DNA from: Cenococcum geophilum
Lineage: Eukaryota
Assembly (NCBI GenBank): GCA_050273025.1
Contig: CP158636.1
Span: forward strand, 434,001 to 498,000
Direction: 5' to 3'
DNA: 64,000 bases
Below, piece after piece: positions 37,101 to 50,711 of the stretch (within the stretch, counting starts at the first letter, position 1; each line of letters starts with the position of its first letter). The translations under genes were made by a program, and so were the position numbers. The notes below the pieces were generated by a model. It was not told where the DNA came from. It worked only from the letters and a program-made list of their open reading frames with translations, and searched no databases.

Positions 37101-40100
37101 ATGTTTTTTAGCTAGGTAGGATTTGCGGAATAACTAATATAGATATTTAGGGACCCGGAAGTAACGACTATAGTAAAGAGAAAGCTTTAGGACCTAACAT
37201 AGCGAACTTTAGTAATTAAGTATACAATATAGTTTTAAACACTTATAATATAGGTCAAATGGAATAATAAGGCGCTTATGGCATAGTATAAACAAGGACT
37301 TAAGGCTAAAGTCTAGGATATAATTATTCTAATAAAAGATGCGGACACCCTAAGGGAATTAATAGATTAAGCAATTAAGATTAATAATAGGATCTTCTAA
37401 AGGGAATAGGCTAAGAAAGGCTAGGATAGAGTTCTATAGTTATATAAGACGTAGAGTACGCAATAACTAAAGCTAAGTTAGAAACCATAGTATGGCGCAA
37501 AGTTAATAGACCTAAGTGGTACTAAAGAAGCCTATAAGAGATAGAGTAAGAAACTATAGAAACCTAAAGGTTAAGGATTTAGTAATTACAGGACTAAGGA
37601 GCAGAGGCTAAACTAGGGATCTTAATAGTAGAAGATGTTTAGGCGGACTCTATAACAAAGTTAATAGTTTAGAAACGGAGCTTATATAAATTACGGAAAA
37701 TAGGATTACTTTATAAGGGATTATAAAGATGGTTAGAGTTACTATATAATAAAGGGAACTAAACTAATAGCATATAATATATACGTATAGAGGGATAATA
37801 GTATACTATAAGGAATAAAAGAGTGTTTAATTAAAAGTTTTGCGTTTTGTTATAATAACGTATACTAAATTTATAAAGACGCCAAGTATAGTATAAGCTA
37901 TTAGCTATAAAAGCTAGAGTTAAAAGGACTTAGAGGAACTAAAGAGTTAGATAAAGAATAAGATCAACTCTATAAGCTGGATTAAGATATTATAGTAATA
38001 TGCGGATAACGATTAGCAGTAATAATAATAGAGTTAGAGTACTTATTAATTAATAGCAATAAGGATAGTAAAGGAACTAACTAGGGGTATCTAAACCTTA
38101 ATAATATAATAGAAGTAGAGACTAAGACCGCTATAAAGTAAGGTTTAGTAACGGGTATTATAACACCGTTAGACACGGCGTCCATTACTTTATAAGATAG
38201 AAGGAGTAATATTTAGGGACGATTAAGTAAGCAGACGACTGCTAGTGCTAGCTTACTACTTAATAAAGGCAAAAGGCCAAAGGCTTAAGATTCTTATAAT
38301 AAGATAAGAGACGACTAAGATTCTTAAGACGAGATAAGGTAAGCTTAAAGACCTATAATAGACAGAAACTAATAGAGCAGAGTAGCAGCTTAGTTTAAAG
38401 ACATATAAATAAGCTTGGGACAAGAATTCCTAACGGTATAAGACTTTTAAAACGAGATAAGTAAGATCTAGGACTCTTAAGACAAGATAAGGACATTAGT
38501 AAAGCCTAGTTAGACTAAGGCTGGAGCTAAGCTTAAGTTAAAAGCAAGCTTAGGATTAAAGAATCTAAGGGGTTAAGAATTTGGAGCGCGAATTAGGACA
38601 CCTATAAGTAAGAGGCAAGGAGCTTCTTTATAGATTAGAGAATCTATAGCGTAAACAGCGATTAGACTAGGAGACAGATATATAGACCTAGAAGACTTAC
38701 TAGGGGAATATAGTGTTCAGCCTAAGGATTAAAAAGTTAATACTAAAATTAGGAAGTAAGAAGACTTTAAGGATCTACTTATAAGATGTAACGTAAAGGA
38801 AACTATAGAGGAATTTAGGGTAAGAATTACCTTATGGCAAGAACAGAAACTAAATAAGAGATTTAGTATATTAGGATATATAAAGGACAGAGCGCTAGTA
38901 TAAAGGATTACTAATAGGCCTAGAGTAGGTATATTAAGAGCTAAGTGGCTTATTAAACTGGAATAAGAAGAGGATCTAGGGATTCCTATTAGGTTTAAGG
39001 AACAACACACTAAAGGCTATTACAACGCAGTAATAAAGAGATATTTCCTTATAGACGAGCCGTATATACTTAAGCAGCTATACTAAAAGTGGTATAGGCA
39101 ACGATATAACGATAAGTGGGAGGATTTCTATATATAGTTAGATGAAAAAGTTATCTAAGACCACCTAATTATAAAGAAGGCTATAACTTATATTAAAGGA
39201 GCCTTAATTATAATATTAAAGGATTTAAAGGAGTAATTAGAGGATTAGAGAAGCGAAAGGCAAATCTTAGTACCCGCGAATAAAGTCGCAACGCTTAGAT
39301 TAATATAAGAAAGGTTTAAACTCTAGGACGAAGATAAACTAAGAGTTAACCTAAGACATTAAGTATATTACACATTATTGTGGATAGTATATATGGATAA
39401 TGCGTGCAATATATATAGAGCACTAAAGAATAAAAATCGGAAGTATCTAATAAGAATATATTAGATAATGGACGAGGTAAAGTATTAAAATGCTAAGTAT
39501 ATGCATAGTTAGTACCTAATAGAAGTTTAAGAATAAGGGGACTTAATACTTTAACTAGGGAAATTCCTTACGGAAGAATGCCTAGAAGGATAACAATAGT
39601 GGGAATGTTTAGAGAATACCTATCTATAGTATATTAAAGATAAAAAACAAACTAAGTATTAGCCTAAGTTAGACTAAGTATAAATAGGATCTAGTAGCTA
39701 GTAGTTGGGAAAAGTAGAGGCCTACGGGACCAGAGGGAGCCAGTGGTAGAGCCTTAGACCCTTAAAGGAATTTAAAAATAACACCTAAATTTACGAGTTA
39801 AATAGTAAGATTAATAGTTTAAAGTATTAGTAGATAGTAGAGTAACAAGGAACTATATCTTGCTAGTAGCAGTTAAAAGAATAGGGTTACTATATAGGTA
39901 AAAGGAACATCCTTACCTATTAGTAATAATTTTAGAAGATCCGATAGCCTATAAAGGAGGTATTATTAATCTTAAAATAGGACCTATTTAGCTAACTATT
40001 AAAGGAAGATAAGTTAAGATGTCTTTTAATATATTACCATTAGGGAATAATAAGGCAGTATTAGAAATGCCTTAGTTATAGGAATATAATCTAAAGATTG

Positions 40101-42945
40101 ATTAAATTATAGGTTAGGTTAATATTAGGGATACTTAACGCTATAGGATGCGATAATAAGCTAAGTTAGTATAGTACTAAGTAGGAGCAACCTATAAAGA
40201 AACGGAAAAAGGGCTAAGCTATATACTAAAAAGATACTATAAGTATAGTAAGAAACTATAGTTACCTAAGAGCGAAAAGCTGTTAGAGTATATAGTATGG
40301 GACTATAAAATAGAATTAGAACTAGGAATAAGTTTAAGGTTTTTTCTAATTTATAAGCTTACTAAAGAAGAAGGTAGAGCATTAAAAGAGTTTATCTAAG
40401 AAAACTTATAAAAGGGATATATTAAACTATTGCAGTTATTAGTGGGTTATCTAGTACTGTTTGTACTAAAAAAGAATAGTAAACTAAGGCTATATATTAA
40501 CTATAAACAGTTAAATAGCATTACTAAAAAGGATAGGTATCCTTTACCCTTAATTAGTGAAATCCAAAACAGGATAGGTAATACGTAAATTTTTATAAAG
40601 ATAGATCTAAGATGGGCGTACTATTAGATTAGGATTAAGGAAGGCGATAAATAGAAGGCAGCCTTTAGGTTAAAGGAAGGACTATATAAACTATTAGTTA
40701 TACAATTTAGGCTTATAAACGCACTAGTAATGTTCTAGAAGCGTATTAACAATATATTAAAAAAATATTTAGATGAATTTATTATAGTATACCTTAACGA
40801 TATTATTATCTACTTAATAAATAAGGAAGAGCATGGAAAATACGTTAAATGGGTCTTAAAGAGACTATAGGAAGAATAAATGCTAGTAGCAATTAAGAAA
40901 TGCGAGTTCTTTACTAGGAAGACCGATTTTGTTAAATTTATTATTAAACTAGGCCAACTTAGTATAGATCTAAAGAAGATTAAGGCTATAGTAAATTGGT
41001 AAGAACTAGAAAACGTTATATAGTTAAGATTGTTTTTAGGGTTTTGCAATTACTATAAAAGGTTTATAGCGTAATAGTTAAAGGATATTAAACTATTTAT
41101 ATAATTAATAAAGAAAGAAGAACTATAGGTATAGGGAGAAAAATAGTAAGAACTCTTTAAAAAAAACTAAAGAGTTGTTTACCTAGGAGCTAGTTCTTAA
41201 GATCTATTAACTAGGACTAAAGACAGTTATAGAAATAGATATATTAGACTTTATACTAGGAGTATATTTTATATAAAGGTATCTAAATAGATAGTATCTA
41301 GTGGCATATTATAGTCGGAAGATAATACTACTAGAGTTAAACTATAACATCTATAATAAGGAGTTGTTAGGTATAGTTACAGTATTAAAGGAATAGAGAG
41401 TATTCTTATAAGGTATAGAAAAACTATTTATAGTTAAAACGGATTATAAGAACCTAATAAAATTCCTAATAATAAAGGAACTTAACTAAAGATAGGTTAG
41501 ATGGGTAGAGATACTTACAGAATACTATTTTAAGATTTAATATACTAGGGGTACAGATAACACGCGAGCTAATATATTAAGTTAAAAGGCTAAACTATAA
41601 AATAACGATAAGCCATTAGGGGCTTTACTATAAAAAGATATAGATAGACTAATTAGGTATAATTATCCAAAAATTATAATAACTTAAGAGGACGAGTTAG
41701 AAAAGGTCTACGAGATACCAGAAAGCTTTTAGGCATAAAGAATTCTAGAAACACAGCTAGAAGATCTATAGTTAGATATATACGAAAATTAAGAAGTAAA
41801 GTATATCCTAAGAAGTATAGCAAAGTAGTTTGTGGAGGATTTCTATAAGGGACTAACTTAAGGATATAATAGAGCTATGGGCTTAGTATTAAGACTTTAA
41901 AAGGAGTATATTATTAACGGAATTTAGAAAATAGCTAGGAGAGTTACTAAAGAGTATCTAGATTACTAAAGAAATAAACTAATAAGGTATAAGCTATATA
42001 GAGGGCTATAACCTATTAAAACACTAGAGAGACTATAGGAGGTTATATTATAGGACTTTATTATTAAGTTACTAAAGTTAAGGGATCCTATTACTAGACA
42101 AGATTATAATATAATCTTAATAATAGTAGACAAGCTTATAAAGTGGGGATACTTTATAGCCTATACGGAAGAAATCTTAGTAAAAGATATTGCTAGAATC
42201 TATATTAAAGAAGTGTTTATAAGATATAGAGCACTAAGTAAAATTATATTAGATAGAGATCTAAGATTTATAGTAGCATTTTAGGAGGTATTCTTAGCGG
42301 AATAAGGAGTTTAAGTAGTAACTTCTACCGTATATTATCCGCAGACAGACAGTTAAACGGAAAGATTAAATTAGACACTAAAGTAGTATCTAAGGTATTA
42401 TATTAATCACGTATAAAATAATTAGGTATCGCTATTACTAGTTATATAGTTTGCATATAATGCAACACTATAAAAAGGAATAGGTATATTACTATTTAAG
42501 GCGAATTATAGATATAAGCTAAGAACATTATTATTGCCACGTTAAGTAAAGAAAACGAGTAGTAAAGCTAAGTAAAGAATAGAGATTTTAATAAATCTTT
42601 ATATAAACCTTATAGAAACAGCTAAGGTAGTATAGTAAAGAATGAAAAAGTATTATAATACTAAGAGATCTAAGGGACTAGATCTTAAGGAGGGAGATAA
42701 AGTATGGCTACTATATAAAAATTTTAAAAGTTGATAATTAAGTAAGAAGTTAGACCACGTTAGACTAGGACCTTTTAAAATTATATAAAGGATTTCACTA
42801 GTTATATTTAAGTTAAACCTATTAGCTAAAATAAAGATTTACCCTATATAGTATATTGCGATACTAGAGCTAGTATATAGGAATATTAAGCCACTAGTTT
42901 ACGAGGTAGATATATATAAAGGTTAGGAAGAAGATAAATAGTAAG

Positions 42946-45900
42946 TGTTGGTATTATAGGGTAACTTACTAATGCTACTTAAGTAGATATAGTGAATGTT
43001 AGTTATAAAGCTTATTGTTTAGAATTAGGGGGTAGGTAAGAAACCTAAGGTTCCTTACTACGCTAGTGCCGCGGCAATATATGACGATACGTAACAACCG
43101 CTTGCCTTATTCCCGACACTAGCAACTCTTCTTTTATAGTTGCCATCTATATATACTTATAGATTGCTACTATATAAAGATATAAAGCTAAGAAGAAGAA
43201 GAAGAAGAAATAAAGGGGAAGAGGTAGTGTAGGTAGATGTATAGGTTCGTGTAAAGATGTTAGTTCCGCTTACCGCTCTTAGCCAAGCTAATGGCGATTT
43301 TCTATCCCGGGGATGGAAAATCCTAATTGGCTAGCTTAACGAATAGCATTAGCAGAACTCTATACCGCTACCTAAATTAATTAGGCGTGGCGCTTTTAGT
43401 AAAAATCTAACTAATTAGACAACTTTAACCGGCGGTTAAAGTTCTATAAGATCTTAACTTCTTTAAATTTCCCTCTTAACCTAACCTTTAACTCGCATAT
43501 ATAGAGTATTTGTATTAACGAATATCTCTAGTGCCTTATTTGGGTTTGCCTTTGTTATTGCATCTACTAGGTTATCTTAGCTATTAATTTATTAGATCTT
43601 AAAGAGTTCTTAATGCTTATAGAACTGCTAAAGTGCCATAATATTGATTATAAGGCGCTTCTCCTTTGTAGTACTAAGCTTAATTAAATACTTATAGAGG
43701 GAATATAAGTTAGTATACACGATTGTAGGGATAATAGGAAGTTTAAGTCGATTTATAATTATTTTAAGGGTAGTTCTAATTATAATTGCTATATTAACTC
43801 TACTAACTATTCTATATATCTCTGACGCTAGAACGCTTTAAGTAACGCGTTTACTCTTAGTTAAGCTCTAATAGATAAGATTGCCGTAGATTGTGAAGTT
43901 ATTCTCTCCGGTAGATTTATTTGCTATAATAATCTTATATCCTAGTTAGAAGCTAAAATCTTTATTATTTATAAACGATCTATTAATAAACACGAATAGC
44001 TTAGCAGTAAGAAGATTAATAGGCACGTAGAGTAGTCCCTAATTAAGATGGTTTATTTGCCAGGAAAGACGCTTATTTAGGTTAAAAATATTATCCTTAG
44101 TTGGTTCCTAGTATTAGGCGGCAATAGAGAGATTAAAGAAAGCTTTAGGTTAATAGATAGAAGCCATATAAGCTCCGTAAGCGCGTTACTCCACGTATCC
44201 TTACTTTAGAGAATTAACGTTAATAATATTGATCTTCTTGCCTTAACCTTTCTGGCGTAGGGCAATAGAATCCTTGTTTAGGGAAATAATACATCTATTA
44301 AAGAGTAATAGTGTTATTAAATTAAGTCTTTCCTTTGGCTTTGCTATAAGGTTTACCTTTACTAGCTTATCTTCTTTAAGAGCTGAGAATTAGTCGTCTC
44401 CTAAGATAATTATATTATCCGTTTGTATGCTAATAATTCTAAATAGAGTTTCTATAGCTATGATGAGGAAGTAGGAATCGAATATAGAAGTAGTTATTAA
44501 AAGCTTCTCTTTATGGTGCTTACTATAAGTAGCCTACTAATAAGTTCCTACCTCTGCGATTCTATATAGTGGCTTAAGCACAACCATAATCGTATCTTTA
44601 GGATATTAGTAGCGAATTTGCTTTAAAAGGTATGCTAGTATTAAGCGCTAAAGGCGTATCTCTAATTGGGTATAGGCCTAGGTAATATCTCGTAAATAAA
44701 CCGCCATTCTATTCTTTATTAAGGAGGGAGCTAGCGTAATAATAACTTGCTAACTAGCTTATTAAATTATAGGGGATTACGTAAGAATTACTTCCTTACC
44801 GTTATTGTTATAACCTTAAATAACTAGCCTTAACTTCTTAAATAGGGTATTAGTAGCTTTGCCTTTAATTTTATTGACTATTCTTAACCTAAATATACAA
44901 ACCCCATCGAACTTAGTAGGGTTATACTTCTTAAACTTAAAGACTTCTCTTGTAATAAGACTGTTAATCTCTTACTTATTAGATGCTTGGAAAGGAGCTC
45001 CTAGAGTTATAATATAGCCTTCCTTTTAGAGCTGTTTTACAAGCTTAAAGTTAGCCTTCTCTTTAGCTGTTATAAAGGCTATTAACAGCTTAACTTTATT
45101 CTTAATGGCGGTAATAAGTTGCTCTTCGAAATTAATAAGGTGTTGGCGGTTTCGTAATCCCTTTGGGCGACCTTTACCGCGTTATAGTTGCGGTGTATTT
45201 ACTACAGTTATATTGGGGTTGTAGTCGCCTTCTAGGGCACATTAATTGTGGTTCTCCTCTAGGGCATCTCCTAGGGTATTTTCTGGGGTATCCTATAAAG
45301 GCTCGGAACTGTTATTTTTATAATAAGGCTTAATAACAGTTAAATAGAATTAAGTAGGTCTATAGGGTATCTAAAGAGTATAAGTCTAACTATTAATTAT
45401 AATAAGTTTATATAGGCCTAACTATCCTCCCTTTTTACGCTATACGCGTACCTTAGATTAGAGTGGTAGATCGAGCGTAGTTAAGGTATTTAGGCCATTT
45501 CTTATTCCTAGTGCGTTGTTGACCTAGCGCGTGGCGTAGAGACGTTATACCTCCTTTATTGCCTTGCGAATCGCCTTAGCTCGTTATATAATAGAGGGAG
45601 ATAGTAGAGAATCGTTAGTTATTTAAGGGTAGGCGCTAAAGACTAGTAACGTAGGTATAAGCCTATCTAGGCTAGCGGTATCGTTAATAGCCTTAACAGC
45701 TATCTATAGGATAAGCTTTTTGCTAGCACCCTCTAGTTCTAAAGAAATAATCTTATATACGCGGCGTAATGGCGTATAGTATCGTTCTACCTTTCTAATA
45801 CTATTATATGCCTTAACGGGGACTTCCTTAACCTTAATTGTTATTACCTTTACCTATTATTAAAACTCCGTAGATAAGAAGTTCTTTCTTACGTCGTAAA

Positions 45901-48900
45901 CGATTTAATTAGGGGGTCCTAGGTAGACATTAATCTAGTATAATTAAAGAGTATTTTATACGTTCCTAGCTAATATATCTTTTAAAAAGCGTGCGGCTTA
46001 GAAGAAGGTTAAGAAGTTAATAATTTGGAGTACTGGCTTGCCGCTAAGATATATAACATCTATAATGATACAGAAGTTAAAGTTATAGTCGTTTTTAAGG
46101 GTAAACTTAAATTGGCTAGGGGACTTCTGGTTTATTTGGTAGTAATAGCAGTACTTTATAAGATATTTAATCGCCTTAACCTTAACTTTATAACCTGCTT
46201 ATTAAAGAACCCTAAGTAGTTAGTAAATGGATAGGTGGCTAAAATAACGATGTAGTTAACGTAGCTTTAACTCGGTTAAGTGACTCTAAGTAACGCTCCT
46301 TTCTGGCTATTAAAGGAGCAACTAAGGGTAACCCTATTTGCGTACGACGGGTACCTAATTATCTCCCTAAATAAGTATATTCTTAAGGTTATTAAGCTTA
46401 ACGCCTAATTTGTTTATATCTTGGATGTAGAATAGGAATAGGGTATTTGCGGGAATAATGTGGAAAGTGATATATCCTAACGGGGTTTGGACCTTGATTA
46501 TGCTAAGAGAGATTATAGTACCCTTACTAAAGCGAATTGTATATTGGCCTGCCGTTAATTGGTTAATCTAGACAGAACTATTAAGCTGCTGAAGAGCTTA
46601 GACTTAAGGTTCTCCTGCTATAGATACTCCTGCGGCTTTAGTATCTAGCATAATACTATAAAAGACGTTTGCCGAGTATCTATCGTTAAAGGAGAACGCG
46701 GAACTTTCCTTTGGCTTATTAAAGATATCTAACCTTATGACAGAATGGAGCGTAGATTGGTTATTAAGGATAGTAACGGTTTATGCGCTATTTACCTTAC
46801 TATACTTGGTAAAGTATTGGTTAGGAGAGTAGTCCTTAATTTCTATATCTATAAGGAGCTGTTTAGCCTTATTAATCTTACCCTTAAGATCTTCTTCGCC
46901 TTTATATTAAACCAGGAAGCTTTGGAAGTAGGCTATAGTGACTTTTTAGTTTTTAACGTTTTGTGCGCTTTAGCGAAACTTATTATATACCTTCTTTTGT
47001 TTATTAAGGGGGTGTCTAGTTAACTAGTAATTTAGCTTCTCACAAATGTAGTATTTCTTCTGCCGATTATTACGAAATGAACCTCTATAAGGACCTCTAC
47101 AATTGCTTTATAGTCGACGTTAATTGTACCCTCTACTATATCCCCTACCACGACCACTATATATTTAATTAGTCTAGTTATAATTGTGTTGGTCGGCCGG
47201 GTTAATTAAAGTAGGTTAGAGTTAGGTGTTAAATTGCTGTACTTTTTAAGAGCGTAGGGCGGTGCTAATAGAGGATCTTAATTAAGTATATACTCCTTTA
47301 TAAGTACTTATAGGGTTAAAGAGAGTAAGGTTATATTCTTTAATACCTTAGTATACGCTAATAACTTAATCGCGTAGGCTAAAGTCCTTTTAATATAATT
47401 TAGATAAACCACGCTAAATTATCTAGAGTTAATTAAAGAGCTTTTAAAGATAATTAAGTCGAGAGGCACCTAGGTTTGTAGCAATAATTCTTAGGAAGGT
47501 AGTTTCTCTCTACTCCGATATATACTGCTGCTTATTCTCCTCTATTTTAAAGTGGCATCTTATTTTATATATTATTTAGTTAAAATCGTATCCTTTTTTT
47601 ACCAAACGATTATAATAGAAGGTACTAGCTTGGCCCTTAAGTATAACTAAATAAGTAATATAGTATTGATTGGGTTTTAGTTTAACCTTCTAGCAATAGT
47701 TATAGAAGATACGTAACTTTAAATTAAGGATATTATATAGTTCTCCGCTAAACTTCTTCTTCTATTCTAAATAGAGCTTTATAAGCTCTATAAGCATTTT
47801 TAAGGTGCCTCTAATTAGTGTTTAGCTGCATTATATTATAGGCTGCGATAGTAACGTAGATCTAGTTAGCAGAGTTTAAAGGTTATTAAACCGTGAAGTA
47901 AGGGGATCTTGCGCTTGTTAGGGGTTGTTAATTAAGGCTATAGGTTAAGCTGGTTAATATAGGGGAGTTAAAGACAGAGGTGGAGGCGATAAATGTGAAA
48001 TATTAGAACTCGTGCCTAGAGTAATAGAGTTAGAACGCGTCTCTAGTAGTATATTACTTAGGTTCCATTGTAATTTAAGCTTCTTTATAGTGCGTAGTTG
48101 GTGCTTAATCTCTTATAGAGTCTATTTATGCTCTTCCTTTGCATTAATAACGTGTTCCTAAATGTTGTCCTTAATATTACCCCTATCTATAGGGATAAAT
48201 ACTCTATACTTCCAAAGGAAGTTACGGAAGTCCTATACGATATCTTTATTTATAGGAACCTATATTTCCTTTGTCTATCTAATAAAGTCCTCCTTTATAT
48301 AATACTATAGCGCAGTATTATCGTATTTGCTGTCTTTATAGTGTTTTATACGGTATACTAAGAATCCATTTAGGTCCTATTACTTGGCGGTTACAAAGTT
48401 AGTTATAGCTCTATCCTATATCTTTGGGTTAATATCTTTCTTATACTTCTTTGGATAGGTTAACGCCATAGTAAGTAGAATTGACGAGGTGTCGTACGTT
48501 AAAGGTAGGCAGGATTTTCGGTTTTATAGGATCTCGTAGGTTTACTATCCAAAGGTAGGTAATTTAAGATGTTGTTCGACGCGTTTCGGACGTTAACTTA
48601 GGACCTTAGGTTTAGTAATACTTCTGACCTAAAGTACTTGACCAAATCTTCGTAAATGTAATTATTCTACGTAATAGACGCAACTTGGTATCTCCTAGTA
48701 CTTAGTAACACTTCTATTACTAGTTTTCCGTAAGTCTAAGGTAGTATAGTATCGCCGGGATCCATTCCATATAAGCGTATATGGCACCCCTATACGAGAC
48801 TATCTCTTCTATTAATAACCTAGCTGCTCTATAGTTGACTGTATATTTAATTACTAATTAGTGTTAGTATTATAGGGTAACTTACTAATGCTACTCGAGT

Positions 48901-49034
48901 AGATATAGTAAATATTGGTTGCAAAGCTTATTGTTTAGAATTAGGGGGTAGGTGAGGAACCTAAGGTTCCTCACCACGCTAGTGCCGCGGCGACACGTGA
49001 CGACACGTGACGACCGCTTGCCTTATTCCTGACA
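42946..49034 (-). mobile_element. D: full-length GalEa-type Copia, sister subfamily of C (6089 bp)
   Basis: 173-bp LTRs (42946-43118, 48862-49034), TSD gtaag; pol is reverse-complement homologous to C2. Confidence 0.96.
43460..48469 (-). pseudogene. D gag-pol polyprotein remnant
   Basis: ATG at 48469 (MALTYPKKY...); same motifs as C2. Confidence 0.88.
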
Positions 49035-49149
49035 GTAAGTTTTAAAGATTATTAGTTATAAGGATATTAACAATAAAATATAGTATAAGGTTAAGTAGAT
49101 AGGCTATACTAAGACTACCTAGGAGCTACTAGAGAATTTAAAGAATGCT

Positions 49150-49802
49150 ATAGGAAAGGTATAGGAGTATTAAAAGAAAATAGGTTAGGTAATATTAATA
49201 AAGAAGAATTATTAAAGAATAAGTTACCTAAGGGGGACCTAGGAAGAGCGACTGCTAAACTACTTAAAGTTATTCCCCTTACTATAGGAGGAGAGTTAGT
49301 TCTCTTATTACCTAGTTCCTAAAGACCTTATTAAATAAGCTTCCGCTCCTTTAAACAAACTTTCTTATAAATATGTTTTAAACGCTAAAGACAAGCGTAA
49401 GCTAGACGCTAAGCTTTAAGGATATATATAGACTCTTCTAAGGCACGCTAAACCTTAAGCAGCGTAGAGGCTAGCTTACCATCGAGCTTTATAGCGGTAG
49501 ATTAAATATAAAACCCTATAATAAATTACTTAAGGAACTTAAAAACTATTAAGAGCCATAGGACGCGTATACTTAATATTAGATATAGAATAAATGTTAT
49601 ATAACAAACGCATATTGGCGCAAGTGCATTTAGAATAAGAGGAAGGTTAGTAACTGGAAGGACCCGCGATCGCAATATAACTTAATCCCTTTTTCGCATA
49701 ATAAGAGCAAGGAATTGCTATTACTTTACCTAGCGATAGTATTAAAGAGACGGTACAAAAACAACGCTCAACCTAGGAAAAAGAAGAAATTACTTTAGGT
49801 AT
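49150..49802 (-). pseudogene. G3 antisense ORF3 (diverged variant)
   Basis: De-RIP PCSYCAKRGLSC...SSCSECT; Cys1 TGC retained. Confidence 0.62.
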
Positions 49803-50711
49803 AATAAGCAATGATGTTAACTAAATTAATTAGACGAATATTATACCTCTAGTAAACGACCTAGAAATACTAGGTATCTTTAAGGACGAAGATGGAGAGG
49901 AGGGAGATAGTGTTACGGACGCTTTAAGTACAATAATACGACTACTTAGAGAAGAGTTAAAAGAAGCTAGTTAGTTAATATAAGTACGGACTAGGATAAA
50001 ACCCGTAGAACTATATAATGAAGAATAGTAAGCGAGTTATATAATGGTTGGACGTATTATCTGCATTAAATATAAGGAACGTTACGTTTAATATAGATAA
50101 GACGTATATTATATATAAGAAGGATTTTATAAGAGTACGGTCGTGTATTTAAGGACCCTTAATCCCTACCTAGATAGTTCCTTCCTTATAGTAATTCTTA
50201 GAATATAATTAGAGTTAATCTATTAGGCAACCACTCCACTAGTTGTTATTACGTTGTTAACTACTATCTTTGCATTTCCTACACACCTAGCCTATTAACA
50301 AAACCCATTATAGTTCCTACTATAAGGTTCCGTTATAATAGAATAGCTAGGTATTACTAAGAAGAGACGAGCTACTATACTAGTGCTACTTATACTAGAG
50401 GAAGCTGTTTTTTAAGGTTAGAACTGGTTCTAAACCTTAAATAGAACTTTTCTACAAATCTAAGGATTTAAAAGGCTAGAACTGGTCCTAAGCCTTTTTA
50501 AAATTATAGATTCTTACGTCTATTACACAGAATAATACACTTTATAAGTCTTTGCGATTTAAGGCTAGAACTAGTCCTAAGCCCTATAACTGCAAATATA
50601 CGTTATAAACGCGTACTAAATGATAAACGCGTACTAAATAATAAATACACATCACGAACGCGTACTAAATAATAATCCCTATATTAATAATACTTCCCTC
50701 CCTCTAAAAAT

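Larger units (their letters stand above)
36206..50337 (+). mobile_element. G3: full-length chromovirus copy (~8.04 kb net), split by D
   Basis: 427-bp LTRs (36206-36632, 49911-50337), TSD ataga, gag ATG at 36678. Confidence 0.96.

Noticed and set aside
2892..48310. All 15 short ORFs in the supplied six-frame track as real genes
   Set aside because: Each lies inside a RIPed retroelement, mostly antisense to or out of frame with gag/pol or within LTRs. They are L/I/Y/S-rich with no domain signature, consistent with chance stop-free windows.
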